Shown here: positions 43,916 to 58,000 of the stretch, piece by piece
Numbering within the stretch: the first letter of the stretch is position 1
Layout: each line of letters opens with the position of its first letter
Source of the DNA: Phoronis australis
Taxonomy: Eukaryota > Animalia > Phoronida
Direction of reading: 5' to 3'
Assembly (NCBI GenBank): GCA_002633005.1
Contig: NMRA01000055.1
Span: 703,856 to 767,855 of the forward strand
DNA length: 64,000 nt
The notes under the pieces: generated by a model
What the model saw: the letters and a program-made list of their open reading frames with translations, nothing else
Database searches by the model: none
What the model was told of the DNA's origin: nothing
Translations under genes and position numbers: made by a program

Positions 43916-45934
43916 TTAAATGAAAATATTTCTGGTCCTGTTTATATTCCCCATCATGAACAACTAAATTACACGCTCTTTTTCTCTTCCAGTGCAAATT
44001 CGTATATCTTGATGTTGGCCTCTGCCCTTTTTGTAGCTCATTTAATTTGTTATTGGTATTCGAGGATCCTAGCACAAGTGCTGGCTGTGAAAACTTGAAT
44101 TGCTCTGAAGATGCAGAAAAGGCCATATTTTGTATTTTATTTGAACTAATTACGTTGATAATAACATACAAGTTTAATTAATGCATTTGGAAAGATTTCT
44201 TTTATGAAAGCTCTCCAATTTTCCTGTTCTCTTGATGCTCTTTAAATCAGAAATTTAAAAAGCTTTTGTTACTTTGTATTTTCTTATGTTGTTACCAAAC
44301 TGTTCTTCGGATGTTCAAAATTTTCTATAATCAAGGACCAGTGTAATGGTAAAATTTGTAATTAAAATGTTATTGTAAATATAATATGTATCATGTTCAT
44401 TAGTTTTGTCTTGTTCAGAAGTAATACGTTTGTGACCAGTTATTTAAAATTGGTTAGGCCTATACACGTACAGCACAAGGTTTTCACAATGTCACAGCCT
44501 TTGAGTTATCATTCGTTGCGTTGACGCAACAACCTCACCAAAGTGCACTTGCGCAAGACTACAACAATTTAGAACACACTATGGCAGACCAGTTAAGTTC
44601 CATTTTCTCATTTTTTTAATAAATTGAATGCAGTACCAGAATGATGCTTTGCTGTATCCAAATTCTTTACCGTAGCCACTGATGGACAATTTTAATTGAA
44701 ATTATGTGGACATTCACAATGGTAGAAGCCCTTGAAAAATGAAATCGAAATTTTGGCAATTTTACCATACAAGCACAGCCTGTGATCACACCAGCTGCCT
44801 TCACAACATTCTCGTGTCTACACAGTCCTGACTTGTACTCTCTATGACCCTTCCTGACCCAGTGACTGAGTACCAAAATCATCCGAATTTCATTAACATT
44901 TTTTATTATTATGACAAGGTATTTACATTCATAAAATAAAGCGTTATGTATGTAGACTTTGTACAAAATTCTGGATCTATAAGACCAGCAACCATTAAAC
45001 ATTCAAGTGAAACTTAAAACGCATCTTGCAGGATGTTTATGGTCGTGCCCTAGGAGGCATGAAACATGATAAATACAGGCACCATTGTTGAGTAGATAAA
45101 CTGCGCTTGGAAACTGACGAACGTATCTAAGATCTTGGCAAAATCTGAGTCTCAAGACTAGAACGGCATTTTCAATGAGTATCTAACAAGACCTTACAGC
45201 TTCAGATAGGTAAGGGATGCCGCACACTAGAGCTGAGCACTGAGCAAACAGATTCCCAAGTTTAAATGCTCACAGCCAATGCTCCTGCAAATGGTGAGGA
45301 CTACATGACCCTTAGCACGGTACCAGTGAGGGGTTTACTCATTACATATCCACGACAGACAAAAGTGGACTTGATTGAGGCGGTTTAAACATCATTTTTA
45401 TAGGGCTTGGGTGAAGTTAAACTCGAGAAGCAAGATACGATGTCAACATACGAAGCCCAGCACAAATTCAAACATCAGACAAGGGGTCACATTTGGGGCA
45501 CTATTGAGCTCGTTTCACGAAAGCTTGATGGTAACTATGGCAACCATGGCACCATGCGTCACTTAGCAATTGTAGAACTTGAAGTTTAAAGTGAAACTCG
45601 TGTTGATATCAGTGCTTCAATGTTAAAAGAAAAATGAGAAGGATCCCAAACAATTGCAGCTGGCATTGGGTGAAGATGGGAACAAAAAAGGCTCCCGACT
45701 CATTTCAGCTTACAACAGGTAATGCCGGGCAAAAAAGGATCCCAATCCATTTCAGCTGGAATCGCGCGACTTTTCTTTTTCAAAATAAGGCCAACTAAAA
45801 ATACTCCATCACCACACCAATTCGCAAAACACAGACCAGAAACAATTAGGCTATTTTTTGGCCTCAGTCTTGCTATGTATGGCCAACCTTCTGATGCCAA
45901 ACCATGCGATCAACAACTTTCTCTCACGTAATCT

Positions 45935-46042
45935 CTAAGATCCATTCAGCTCCCCTAACACATTGTTGGCTACCTCAACCAGTCCTATCTCACTGAGTCC
46001 AGCTCGCAGGCTGCTCTCCGTCGCCTTCTCAGCTTCATTTTC
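45935..46042 (-). CDS. THOC1: THOC1 exon 19 (terminal)
   Basis: [38 protein letters not shown]. Confidence 0.92.
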   Translation of the reverse strand, partial: ENEAEKATESSLRAGLSEIGLVEVANNVLGELNGS

Positions 46043-49000
46043 CTGAAAGAAACACATCGACCATAAAGCGAAGACAAACTGGTGACCATTGACACAGTGC
46101 TGGATACAGGGATCTCATTTAGGAATGGACGATTTAAAATTCACCAGGTGGCATTAGTGTTACAAGTAGAAATGTATGCTCTCGGGTAGTAACATGGAAT
46201 CGTTAGCTCACAGACACCATGCTGATGACTTGCTGTCTGCCCTCAATCTATTCAGAGGCGCCTTTATCCTTTATTCATTAGCATCACGCCGTGTTATCTC
46301 CAAACTCCAAATTATTTTTTTACATCAAGTCTACTTTTGTGTGAACTCAAGATATAAGTGTCTAGTACTCTGTATATTACAGTTTACGCAGACAACTACA
46401 GTCTAGTCCAAATTTGCACCCGATGAGCCTCAGACTCAAGTGAAAACTCAACTTTTCGAGAAAAAACTTGAAATTTCGAGTTCACACTGGGAATTATATG
46501 TAGTTTAATGCTTGCGTCATCAAGTGCAAACTAGGATAAGACAGTCATCCAGGTATGTTCTGGAGGTCAGGCTAATAGACATTTACCTTGAGTTCCCATG
46601 AAAGCAGAACGGAAAACATGAAAAATAATTTTGAGTTTTATTTCGAGCAGAAAGACAGACTTCAGGCCCAAGTGAATCCCATAGCTTTTAAATTACAGAG
46701 AAATGAGCATTACCTAATCCATTGTGGGTTCGTAGCGAATTAAAAGAACAATTGTTATTCCTCAACCTTAACTACTGAGGCCAGACATTTTGCACAGTAA
46801 TGAATAAGGTAGCAAGCTTTGTTGGAATGACCATAACGGTATCGTCAAGACATCAAACTTGGCATCCCACCACCTAAATTTCATAATGAGATACAACGCA
46901 ATGACCAACAAGAATTTGTTCTTTGCAGCTTCCCCTATCGGCAGTGTGCTCATGTGGTTCATTGCGACAAATCCACAACAGGGTGAAAAATTGAGTAAGA
47001 AAACAGTAAAAATTTTACTATCCTCTTTATAAAATACCCCGTTACCTTTCTTTTCTTCACAGCAGGAAACACGTTATTCCCTGCGAGGTGCTAATCAAAA
47101 ATGATATCTCTAATTGGTAACCTGGGCGAGGAATTTGTTGGACAAGGTCTCACACGACTACCAGAATTCCTGAATTTATACTGTCTTGTGAACTGTTGAT
47201 GTACTTGTGAACTTTGAGCACAATATCACCTACCCTCCAGATGGTCAACATTTTCTTCGCCTGCTCCGCCGTGTCCGTTGTTTCACTCTCAAAGTACGCG
47301 ATCTCATCCTCCTTGATGTTCAGTTCAATGGCCAATTTTCTCCAGTCGGCGCCCAGCAAGGACGACAGACTGACCACTTGGTCAGCGGTGACCACTGGCT
47401 CCTGGCTCTCAGCCACTGGCTCAGGCTCCTCTTCTCGATCTGCAAACATTTTCAAATATGTCATTCGTACATAGTGGATACCTCTAAACATAATCATACA
47501 TGATCGTATGACGTGACTCTGTAATTAGAGGAAAACTCTGAAATGTCGATCCCAAAATGGGCTTGAACCTAATACCACAGTTGGTAATGAACATTCCATA
47601 ACAAGCATTTAGCCTTTTCACCCAAGTAAGTGCCCATACACGGTACCCCCCCCCCACACACACACACATAGTAGTTAGGTTTTCATTTCCAAAACTTTTT
47701 CTGAGAGTTTTCCATGGTTATAAATTTCACTTCTCAAGAGAATTTTTTCCATAATAAAAAGGCATTAATTTATGACAACACTTCAAAGCACGAACTCACA
47801 ACATGGCTTGTTTAATGAAGGCTATTTTACATTCATAAGGGGGGAGGCAATGTGACCTAGTGGGTTGAGAGTTTGCCTCCTGTTCACAAGGGTGTAGGTT
47901 CAAATCTCACTTTACCCAACTGCTAAACCCTGTAGTCAGGTCTATAGCTCCTCAGCTTGATCTTAATTAATTTTGTGTACATGTCTATATGTGTTATGTG
48001 GTTTTATTAATAAAAGAAACATGGTTTCAGGTGTTTGGTGCCATGGGCCTGGCTGAGTGACCTGGGTACGATTGATGCAATGTGCATCAGACCACCCTCA
48101 CTATCTTTTTCAATACTAGATACATGGGCGAAGTAAGAGCTACTTTAAAGGGCCCCATACTTTACATTTAGTAAGTCGACAACATGTTTCAATAGAACTG
48201 GCCCAATTCCTCCAATAGGTGACTCTGCTTACCTTCCTGTTTACTAATTTCCAACTCTTCCTCGTTATTCTCCTTTTCAGCATCCTCATCCTCCTGCTCG
48301 GCGTTCTTTGTCTCACCACCAGGGGGCTGCAACATCACAATGACCAACAAGTGAGCGGCAGCATGAAACACAACTGTCGTTTCAGACAATTTTGAATAAA
48401 ATCAAATGAAATTTCTAGACGGCCATGACATTGATTAGAATTCAATACTAAGAGCAGCAGTCAGAAAACAATTACTGCCCGTGGACAAAAAGAGTGTTCT
48501 GTAGACCTAAATTCTTACGAAAAAAGCAAGATCTCACAAGATGTCACAAAATCACGCGAGAGAAAAGCAAGTGTTACGAAAGTACGGTCAGAAGTTACTA
48601 GCAAAATGGTGGTAATTAAAGAGATTTTTTTCAGTGCAGTTGAGATGTTGTATAATTCATGAATTATGAGATTGAATTCACTGTTTCCATTCCATAAACG
48701 AAGATTTTCCGAGCTAATGTCTTGTTGTCTTCGAAACTGAACCTGATGTGGTCAATGATCACAGGCCAGAGGATTCATCAGTCAAGCCATCGTATCACAA
48801 GTTTCTAATCCTACCATCATGTCTCATGATTGGCCATCATGTCTGAAATCCAGCCAACATCTTTTTTCAGTGTAGGCACAAGGCTTGAGAATGTTGGCAT
48901 AACGTTTGTATGTAGTACTGTGGCCAAAGTATCATCCAGAGTCCGAAGACTGAAGTGTTTTGACACCCTATATCAGTTACACTGCGTCATCATCACTCAT

Positions 49001-52000
49001 GCTACTTACTGGGAAGTCCTTGGCAACCTTCTTGACCATTGTCTCCAGGTAGGTGTTTAGTTTCTTGGCTGGTTGGCTAGTTTGAGCGAAGAAATGGGGA
49101 CTGCTACGAGCAAGGAGGCGTAGGGCGCGCCACTGGTAGTTGGTCTCATTCACCAGTCTGGAGATAGTGACGTGAAGAGATTACCATTCTGGACCGGTGT
49201 GATGGTACACGTCCGACATCATTTCAAATATGAGACAAACGAAGTTACTGTGACTCCTGCTGATACTAGTTACATTTTCAAAATCACACGTCGAGTTGAT
49301 AATTATGTGGCAATTAGCTGAGTAAAAAAAGCTATGCTAAAGAATGCCTCACATTCTAATCAGTGACACAAAGCCTAATAGCTGGGCTGAGTAAAGTGCA
49401 CCAAGTACTGTCGGGATTGTGCCTATTTAGCCGATTTTGACACCAAAAAGAGAATGTGCCTTTCAAAGTGTATGAAACGGCTGTGAGAAAGCTTGAATAA
49501 ACAGAAGTCAGTGTAGTTTTTAATACCCCTCACTTAAATGGAACTGTATTGCCAACCGACTTAAAGGCTGGTGGACTGACACAGTAATATCTACTGTAGA
49601 CACGGTTTTATCCTCCAGCATTGAGCTGAGGGTTGACCATTTAATGTTAAGTCTCACTTGTACTCTTCTTCAATCATCTGTTTGGGGTCTGCTTGAACAA
49701 TGGCCTCTTCAAAGAACTTATCTAGTGCTGGTAGGAATACACTGAAAAGGAGTGTTGAGGGTGATGAGACACTGCTCAAAGCAAATAACATGTTATTCAA
49801 GACAATAAAATAACTACGGAAAGGTATATATTATGCAACTCAGATAACACAAGCAAACGACCAGACTGAGTAATCTGAAAATAGCACATTTTCATTTTTT
49901 TCTAAGCTAAACAAACATATTTAAGATATTTAAGTTATTTTTACAGGGGTACCAGATTTTGAGAATCAGGCCGATGCCCCATATTGAGGAGATAACCGGT
50001 TCTCAAAATGCAAGGAAATTGCAAGAGACTTTTACCGGCTTGGCACCTTAGATCAAGTTTCAAAAAACAACTAGAGTTTGGTTTCAACTCGTGGCGGTCG
50101 ACAGCCAACCCATTTTGGCTGGCATCAGATGACTTTCTTGGAAGTTAAGAAAACTAAAAAATACCTCATCAATTTTCAGAAAATCCAGAGACCAGAACCA
50201 TGCTTTTTTGGTCTCATCAATCAAGCTTCAAGAGCAATCTTTGTTTTAGTCATAAGGCGCTGCCCTGTATTTACATTCTGCAACTGAAATACTGCTGATG
50301 AATGTATTTTTAAAAGAGCAAAGATCTAGCAATGGAAGAGCACCAAAGTTCATAGGAAATAAGACTGATCGAGCAGAAAAAAGAGCTTTACCGTTTCTGA
50401 ATTTTACACGCTTCCAAATTGTCTGGACACAGGTTCCACAGTCTTGTCAGTTCAGCGCTGCCCATCTTGATCAGTTTGTGTCCACATGCCTTGATGTCAA
50501 CCTCCATGCTTCGCTTGCGCCCCCTGGCAAAATAAAATGCCAATTTAAAGGGACATAGTTGGCTTGAATCATGATTGTCAGAGATCAATCTTAGTGCGCA
50601 ATCAAACATGCAACCTCCGCGGTCACAGTCTAACACCCTGCTAACAAAGCAAAATACAAGCAAATAAAGGGCAGAATATTTTAAGGTTACTTTCTGTTGA
50701 AGACAATGGGATTCCCCGGCATTTGCAAAAAAATCTTCACAATCATCTATGATTTGTGCCAAAACGTCCAAGGTCATATCATGTTCACGATCACAGAAAT
50801 CGTGTTCCATGTTTGTCAACTGGGCTCCAGAATTGGAAATAAAGTACAAGCCAAAAGTATTCATACAAAATGACCTGGAAGTCCATGCATGACTTCTGTG
50901 TGGAAGCTGAATTCATCGCCAGAGTAGTCTCCCCTCATAACAGATAAAGAAGGGCAATTACCAGTAGAGTTATGTGAGCAAGTCATTCTGTTATTAGAAT
51001 TTTTCCGCCCCCGTATTCAATACCAGTCATTTTTGCTGTTTAAAGAATTAGCCATTATGACACAAAAATGATTTGTCCGATTACTATTGTCTTATACTGT
51101 AGGGTCAAGCCAAAGTTGCTTCCCTTCCCTCACGAGGCAAGACCACGAAAACCCAACATGTACACTAGCTGTTTGCACTTATAAACTTGTTGTATCTCTG
51201 TAAGCACGAATCATTGTCTCCGTATTGTTCTTGCAGTAGACACAGGGTACTTGGTACAAAAACTTGGGCAACTCATAACACTGTTTGTATAATTTGCTGT
51301 TTTTGAGACATCCTGAATTACTTTTGGCTCTTTTGTCCACGTGTTAACTCAAGAGTGACGCAGTAACAACACACCTGGCTAGTTGTCGCTGGCAGGTAGA
51401 TGGCGCCTTCTCCCGCACGTAACTCGGACATCCATCATTCTTCCACTGATTCCAGCTCTCCTCTCGACTTAAGATATGCTATAAAAATAGTAAAGTTCTG
51501 GGCTCTGTTTCATGATAAGTGACTTAAGATGTCAGACAGAAGTTTGGTCTTACGCTCCACATAACTATTTCAGAAAAATAGTTAAATCTCACTTGAGCAA
51601 AACTGCCGTCTCTGAGAATATACACACAACTGCTAAGTAATTGAGATAATTTCCATAAAATATTCTTAGACTGTGTTGCGCTCATAATTACTTGCCTAAA
51701 CATTAATTCAATAATCGTGAAATGGGAGCGTAACACTAAATTTTTGTCTTTTGTCTTCAGTCATTTTCATGAAATGGACCCAAACAACAAGAAATAATTT
51801 CATTACAATTTATCTAACTTCACAACAGGTGAAAACTGTGAAGGAAATCGACAGATAGTTAAATGTAAATCACTAATTAGTTGAAAACGATTACTGTGAA
51901 AGTCTGTTGACTATTCCACGAGATGACAGGTGTCGTTTGTAGTCATTTCATGTTAACTACTAAAAACGCTAACCTGCCAATTTCTTTCCTACCTGTACTA

Positions 52001-55000
52001 CAGATGCAAACTCTTTGCCATTGGGCGGTGTTTCCTGGATCAGCTTGTAGACTGTGTCTGTTGTGTTCTTCACCCATGTGTTCTGGTCTTCGGTCATAGT
52101 GTAGCTGGAGCTAAGGGATACATAGTAACAGTTAGGGGCATTGTAGCTGCAAATATTGTACTCACCCTGTATCGCACTTCTGACTGATTTTCTGTTTACC
52201 CTGTAGTTCTTTGATGGTTTGTTGTTTACAGTGCAGAGTCTTCATATTTTGTTNTGAACATATTGCACTCTGTTCACTGGCAATATGGGCTTTATTGTAT
52301 TGGGATAAGTTAGGATATATGCCAATTGCCTTTTTTTTAGTTTTGACGGCTGAAGTAACCAACCTGTCAACATAAACAGGTCAAAAAATACCACCCATTT
52401 TTAATGCATCACTTCTTACAGGAATGACCACCCATAATTTGAGTTTTTTTCTGAAGACCACCACCCATGAATTTTTATTTCTACTGCCGTCCCCCCCCTC
52501 CCACACGGATTTTACTGGAACAGCCCTCTTTGTATAAAAGCCCTTTCTGTATATTTTATGCCTTTGTCATAGTCTTCATATTTTGTTACATAGTAATATA
52601 GAATTTGTTAAATGCACGACACTTTTCATTGTTCACAGTCTTTATTCCGTTGCGTTCATACTTTCATACTCTCAACTGAACATAGATACAGTAACTGACC
52701 TAGCGACATAATTAAAAGACACGCGATATTTCAAAACATACTTGTTTCATTCTCAAGTGAAGACATAGTAATATACCTACAAGTAATCTAAAGGCTGCTA
52801 CTACTGCAGTCACGCACAAACGTCAACGCGTAACTCACAACATCGCAATTTTTATGAAAAACAAACGAACACACAGCAAGCTTGATGAGTATTACCGTCC
52901 CCTGTTCTGACTTGTGCAGTAATTGGTATGTTTACCAACCCTAGTCAGTTGTGCATGTGAGAAAGTCTAGTGACGAAGTATTGTACCATGACTGCGCCAT
53001 CTATTTTCTAAATTTGTATACATCGTAACACTTGACTATAGTATATGCTGTATCTATTAAGGTCTACTATCCAGGACTATTGTAATTCTTACTGTTTGAC
53101 CTCTTTCGTATGTAGATTAGGTGTGCCCGTGTACCTGGGAGTGTTTTCAAGCTCCTTTCCTCACTTGAGCTTTTGACATGAATGTAGAAAGATGTTTTGT
53201 ACATGTTGCGATATTATTGACACCCATGAAGTTTCAATGATTGATGTGCATATCAGGAACTATATATACACATCTATATTCAGTGTAACTTGTTATTATG
53301 AAATATCCACAATTACAAGTATGTTATTACAGGTACATTGAGCTGCAGGTGTTTAGCAACCATGAAGAAAGTAGTGTCATCTGGTGGCAGAGCATTCACC
53401 TACCAATCCAGAGATAGCGGGTTTGACTCCTATCAAACCACACTACCTGACCCTTGACCCTTGAGGACGATCTCTGGCCTCGGCACACTTATGTTGTATG
53501 TGCATGCATGTGTGATGTATGTTTAACTTGTTTATAATTGATGACACATAGTATTTATTGATTGATGATATAAAATTCTGTAAAGATGTCATGCAAATAA
53601 ATAACACTATAAAACATATTCAAATCTTAATTTCCTCCCTAATTGAACACTCCATGTAGCCATGCAGTGATTTTTTAAGAGCCAGTGACTTTTGTTTTAT
53701 ACCAGGCTGGTAAGATTGCGTACTCGTTAAACACAAGTGAGATCCTGCAGGGGTCACATGATCATATTAAGAAGTACATACCTTTTGAATTTAACCGTTG
53801 CGTGTAAATACTGGAACAGGATTAGAAATTGAACGAGGACGTATCGTCGAAAGTTGGTGTCACTGAGTTGAAGATCAAGAAGCTGAAATTGTAGAAATTC
53901 AAATTGACAAACAAAAGAGCAGTCAACCATCTTCAACACAAACCTCCCAGTTTCGTGACAATTACGTAAAATAAAGACAGAGAAACACATTTTACACACA
54001 TTACACTCGTATAATCACATTACACTGAAGATGTAAAGTTCATCCAGAGGCGCCTTCAGTTGCGCCAGTCACTCATGAATGAAAGCAAATGGAGACCAGT
54101 CACGTGATTTTTATAAAGCATGATATCCCGCTTAGACTAACGTGAACCAGTTAATCATACAAGATATTTGGCATACCGAACCCATACACCTCATACACGA
54201 AATACTAACGGTTCATTCGCGTACACTTTATATACAAATAGTACTCACAGCTAATTTCAGTGATGTTCTGGCACACTGTCTCATGCCACAGCGCATGCTA
54301 TGCTAGCTTAGCAGCTGGTGCCATCTTCAAGAACACCAACTGTATGATAACGAACTTTTCAGCGGCTATACACCCTCATTCCGTCCAAAAAACGAACTTT
54401 TAATTTAGGCCAGTTATCGATGATAACAAAATTGACCTCAATTTGTCCCTTTAGCAGAATGCTGATAAGTGATTTCTGGACTTGCAAAGAACTGACACTT
54501 CATTATTCCAAAAAGAATGACAAACATTTTACAAATTTAAAGCACATACCTTTTCACTTGTTAAATACTTAGCAAAGTAGGCATGAGCTTCGGCGGACTG
54601 GCGCAGTTTTTCCAACTTCCTCTGCGATGACGACACATCATCGAGTTTGTAACTTTTGAAGGCCTTTAAGACTTCTTCAGAATTCTGCCAGACAGCAACA
54701 TAAGTCTGAGACATAGCTCGTCACAATTGCACTGTTCTAATGTACACAAGTGGAAGGTACCAATAACAGGGCTAGCAATGACCAATAACAAAAAAGGAAA
54801 ATTTTCCACGTGACGTATGGCTCTACAAATAAGTATACTTGGTGTGATAAAAAATATCTTTTTGTAAAATTTCGCTACAAGAAACATATTTTTGCATGAA
54901 AAAAGTAAAAAAATAATGAAAAAAGAGGCGAAATAAAAAATGAAACTGGAAATCTAATAAGAGGAAATGAAAACCAACAAAGAAGAAATCCTCTTAAAGG

Positions 55001-58000
55001 AGGAAAATTACAAGCTTCGATACAAAACTTTTCATTGACACCATCTCCACTTTATGAAGTGTTATCATTTACCGTTTTTTGTAAACAAAATAAGACAAAA
55101 AGTTCAACTTAAGGCTGACCATTATTCCACCGAGTGTCTTCTACTCCTGAAGCTTAAAATAATGACTTGCTACGAGCAACTTGTTCAATTCAAAATGACA
55201 GACAAAATAGTATGTGGAAGTTTTTGGATGTCGTAGTGCAAAGTCACCACCAAAAAAACGAATCCCACGATTCAATCCTCTTGAGGGCTGTTCCAGCAAA
55301 ATCTGTATGGGAGAGGGGAAGGCACTTTTATTTCGTACCCACCGCCCATATTTTTCATTTATTTCTCCAACCCATGACCCATAATTTTTTAAGTATTTTT
55401 AATAGGTTAAAATATAAAATTTTTATTTCTACTGCCGTCCCCCCCTCCCACACGGATTTTACTGGAACAGCCCTTAACGGGATTGAAAGTGAAATCACCC
55501 AGTTTTGTAAAGCAATCCTCTCTTTATCTCACAACACACTGATCTTTTAACATTCAACATCGACATGGATCCTACTGATAGGCAGGAAATGAAGCTTTCA
55601 ATTTAAACGCAGTGTATCTGCGACATCGTACCTGGACAAACGCTCTCCAGTTGACCTTTTCGTAACACTGGATTGGCTTACGGAAATAGTCCTGTAGTGA
55701 CCAGAACCGCCGGTACAGGTTATAGTCTATAGGAATGGAGCTGTAAACAGACAAGGATTACAAAGACCTCAAAATTTCATAAGAATTACGTGTATTGTAC
55801 TTGCCGATAAATATGATAAAAATTCTCCTGATTTGGGATACTGTAATTCAAGTCAAAATTGAATTTCTTGATTCTGAAGTTTGAGTGAAACATGGAAGAC
55901 TTTCCCAGTAATCACCATCATACTTCTCAAATATCAGACATTGCGATTTGTATTGACAAAATTTGAAAATAGACTTAATTGTTCATAAAATTTACAAAAA
56001 CAGGCGCCTATGCAAATGCAACATTTTCATACGTTCCCATAGTGCATAACATAGAGGTAAACGAGCGTTTGTCCAAGATCTCTATTCTTGAATTTGAGAC
56101 AGCAGATATTCCCTATTTCCAAAACTGCCCGAAACTGGAGAACTTTTACCGTAATCAAATTTCATATTCACTAAGAGTGATTCCTGAGAGTACGCAACAT
56201 CAATAGTCACATCCTTGTAAGACACGACTTGAATGAAACATCAAACACCACAAAGGAAATTTTAAAACCAGAAGCAGCTAATACAAACTGACTGTAACGT
56301 TTAAAGAAAGAAAACAAAAACCAGCAATAGTCACATACATGAGCCCAGATTTTGAGAACCAGTTTGATGCCACTTATTCAGTGGAGAAAACTGGTTCTCA
56401 AATGTGGAACCCCTGTAAGTGAGTACCACCCAAAAACCACAAGAATTTCGAGAACAGAATCAACCATATTTATTAACGACTAAGATGTGGCAACATTCAC
56501 CTGGAGAGGTCCGACATTTCACCCTCTTCCATACTTTCATCCAACTTTTCGTCAACCTGAAAAAACAATAAGGTACATACAGGAAACATTTTCGATGTGT
56601 CGCAAAACATTGAGTTGAAAATTTAACACTTAATACATGGATTTCATATAATTACAAATTCAGCACAGCACATGACTTAGAAAGCACAACTGGGCCAAAT
56701 AAAAAATAATTGACCGACCAGTCGGGCAAAAATTCTTGTCCTGTGCTGTATATGACAACCAGCCACAAAGTTATATGTGACTGATCAAAGCGTGCAGACA
56801 GCTTAACTAATGAAACTTTCCTACACTTCCAAGGATTAATACACGAGTCTGCACTTACACTAGATTTCCTAAACATCTCGTCACTAGCGCTGGTGCTGAA
56901 CACAGTCAGGTTGTCATAGTTGAAGTTGCTCATCAGGTTGAGCCCCGATTTTTCGTCCAACGGGAACAGCCTGGCCAGAAACAGTTGTATGCGGCCACAG
57001 AATACAGTGTTCTGAGATTTAGATAGTCGGCGAAGCAGATCTGTAAGAGAAGAATGCATATGAGCGGATAGTGCAAATGGGGAGATTGGCGACACTAGTC
57101 ACATGCCCTACTTGTATAAATCCATGCATAAGGGCAGTCACATGGGATTCCTATGCCCCTCATGAAGATGAACAGCTTTCTATTCACATGAAATTATTTT
57201 TCTATCTCCATAAAAACAAGAGTTCCATCCAGAGTTGGCCTACTAGCATTGCAGCCATTAAAATGGACATTGCAGGCTAATTCCTTATCTCTGAGATTGC
57301 ATGGCAAAATTAGTTAGAAACACAACATATAGCGATGATGTGAATATGAAGTACACTGAAAGTTGCTAAATGTTTTTAAGAACAAGTTTTGTGGTGAAAA
57401 TGATCCGTCGCAAATCACTGAACCATGACCAGAAACTATCGGGGAACGGTGCTGGGAAATGACACTGCGTGATGCGGGCTATGTGAGCCCGCGCGGTACA
57501 TCATTTGTGCAAAGGTCACCCTATTTGTAGATGACGTTTTGTTTTCACATTTACAAATTGTCAGTGTATACAACTGCACTTTGTTTAGCATTGTCCTTTA
57601 GTTCCTGCTATACCTTAACATAGTTAGGAGCATGCCAGTAGGTCTTTAAAATGGCAAAAGAATACGTATCACAAATGGTTACATTCTTGTTTTCTGTTAT
57701 AAGTGCACAGCACACTTACCATTTGACATTCTCAACAAGTAGTTTTTTCCAGCATTGTAAAAAGTCTCCTATAAAAATAAGTAAACATTATTACTGTTAA
57801 AAGTGTGGTCAATTCAGAGCACTTCTCAGCGAAAGTTTACATTAAATCCAGTTATCGTAATACAGACAAGTTTCAGAGCACCCAACTGGCAGAAATATAA
57901 CAATAAATAAGAAACAAAACACGCCTGTATGCTCCTCGAAACTACACAAAACCTTTGACAGGTGAGACAATTACCATGGCATAACATTACACAAGAACAA

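Noticed and set aside
44490-44510. TCACAGCC as a miR-2/13-family mature sequence
   Set aside because: Only a seed-like 8-mer matches, and no flanking hairpin is evident.
57473-57491. GC hairpin gcgggct-atgtg-agcccgc as a Helitron 3' end or terminator
   Set aside because: No following CTRR end or U-tract, and no other copy in the window.
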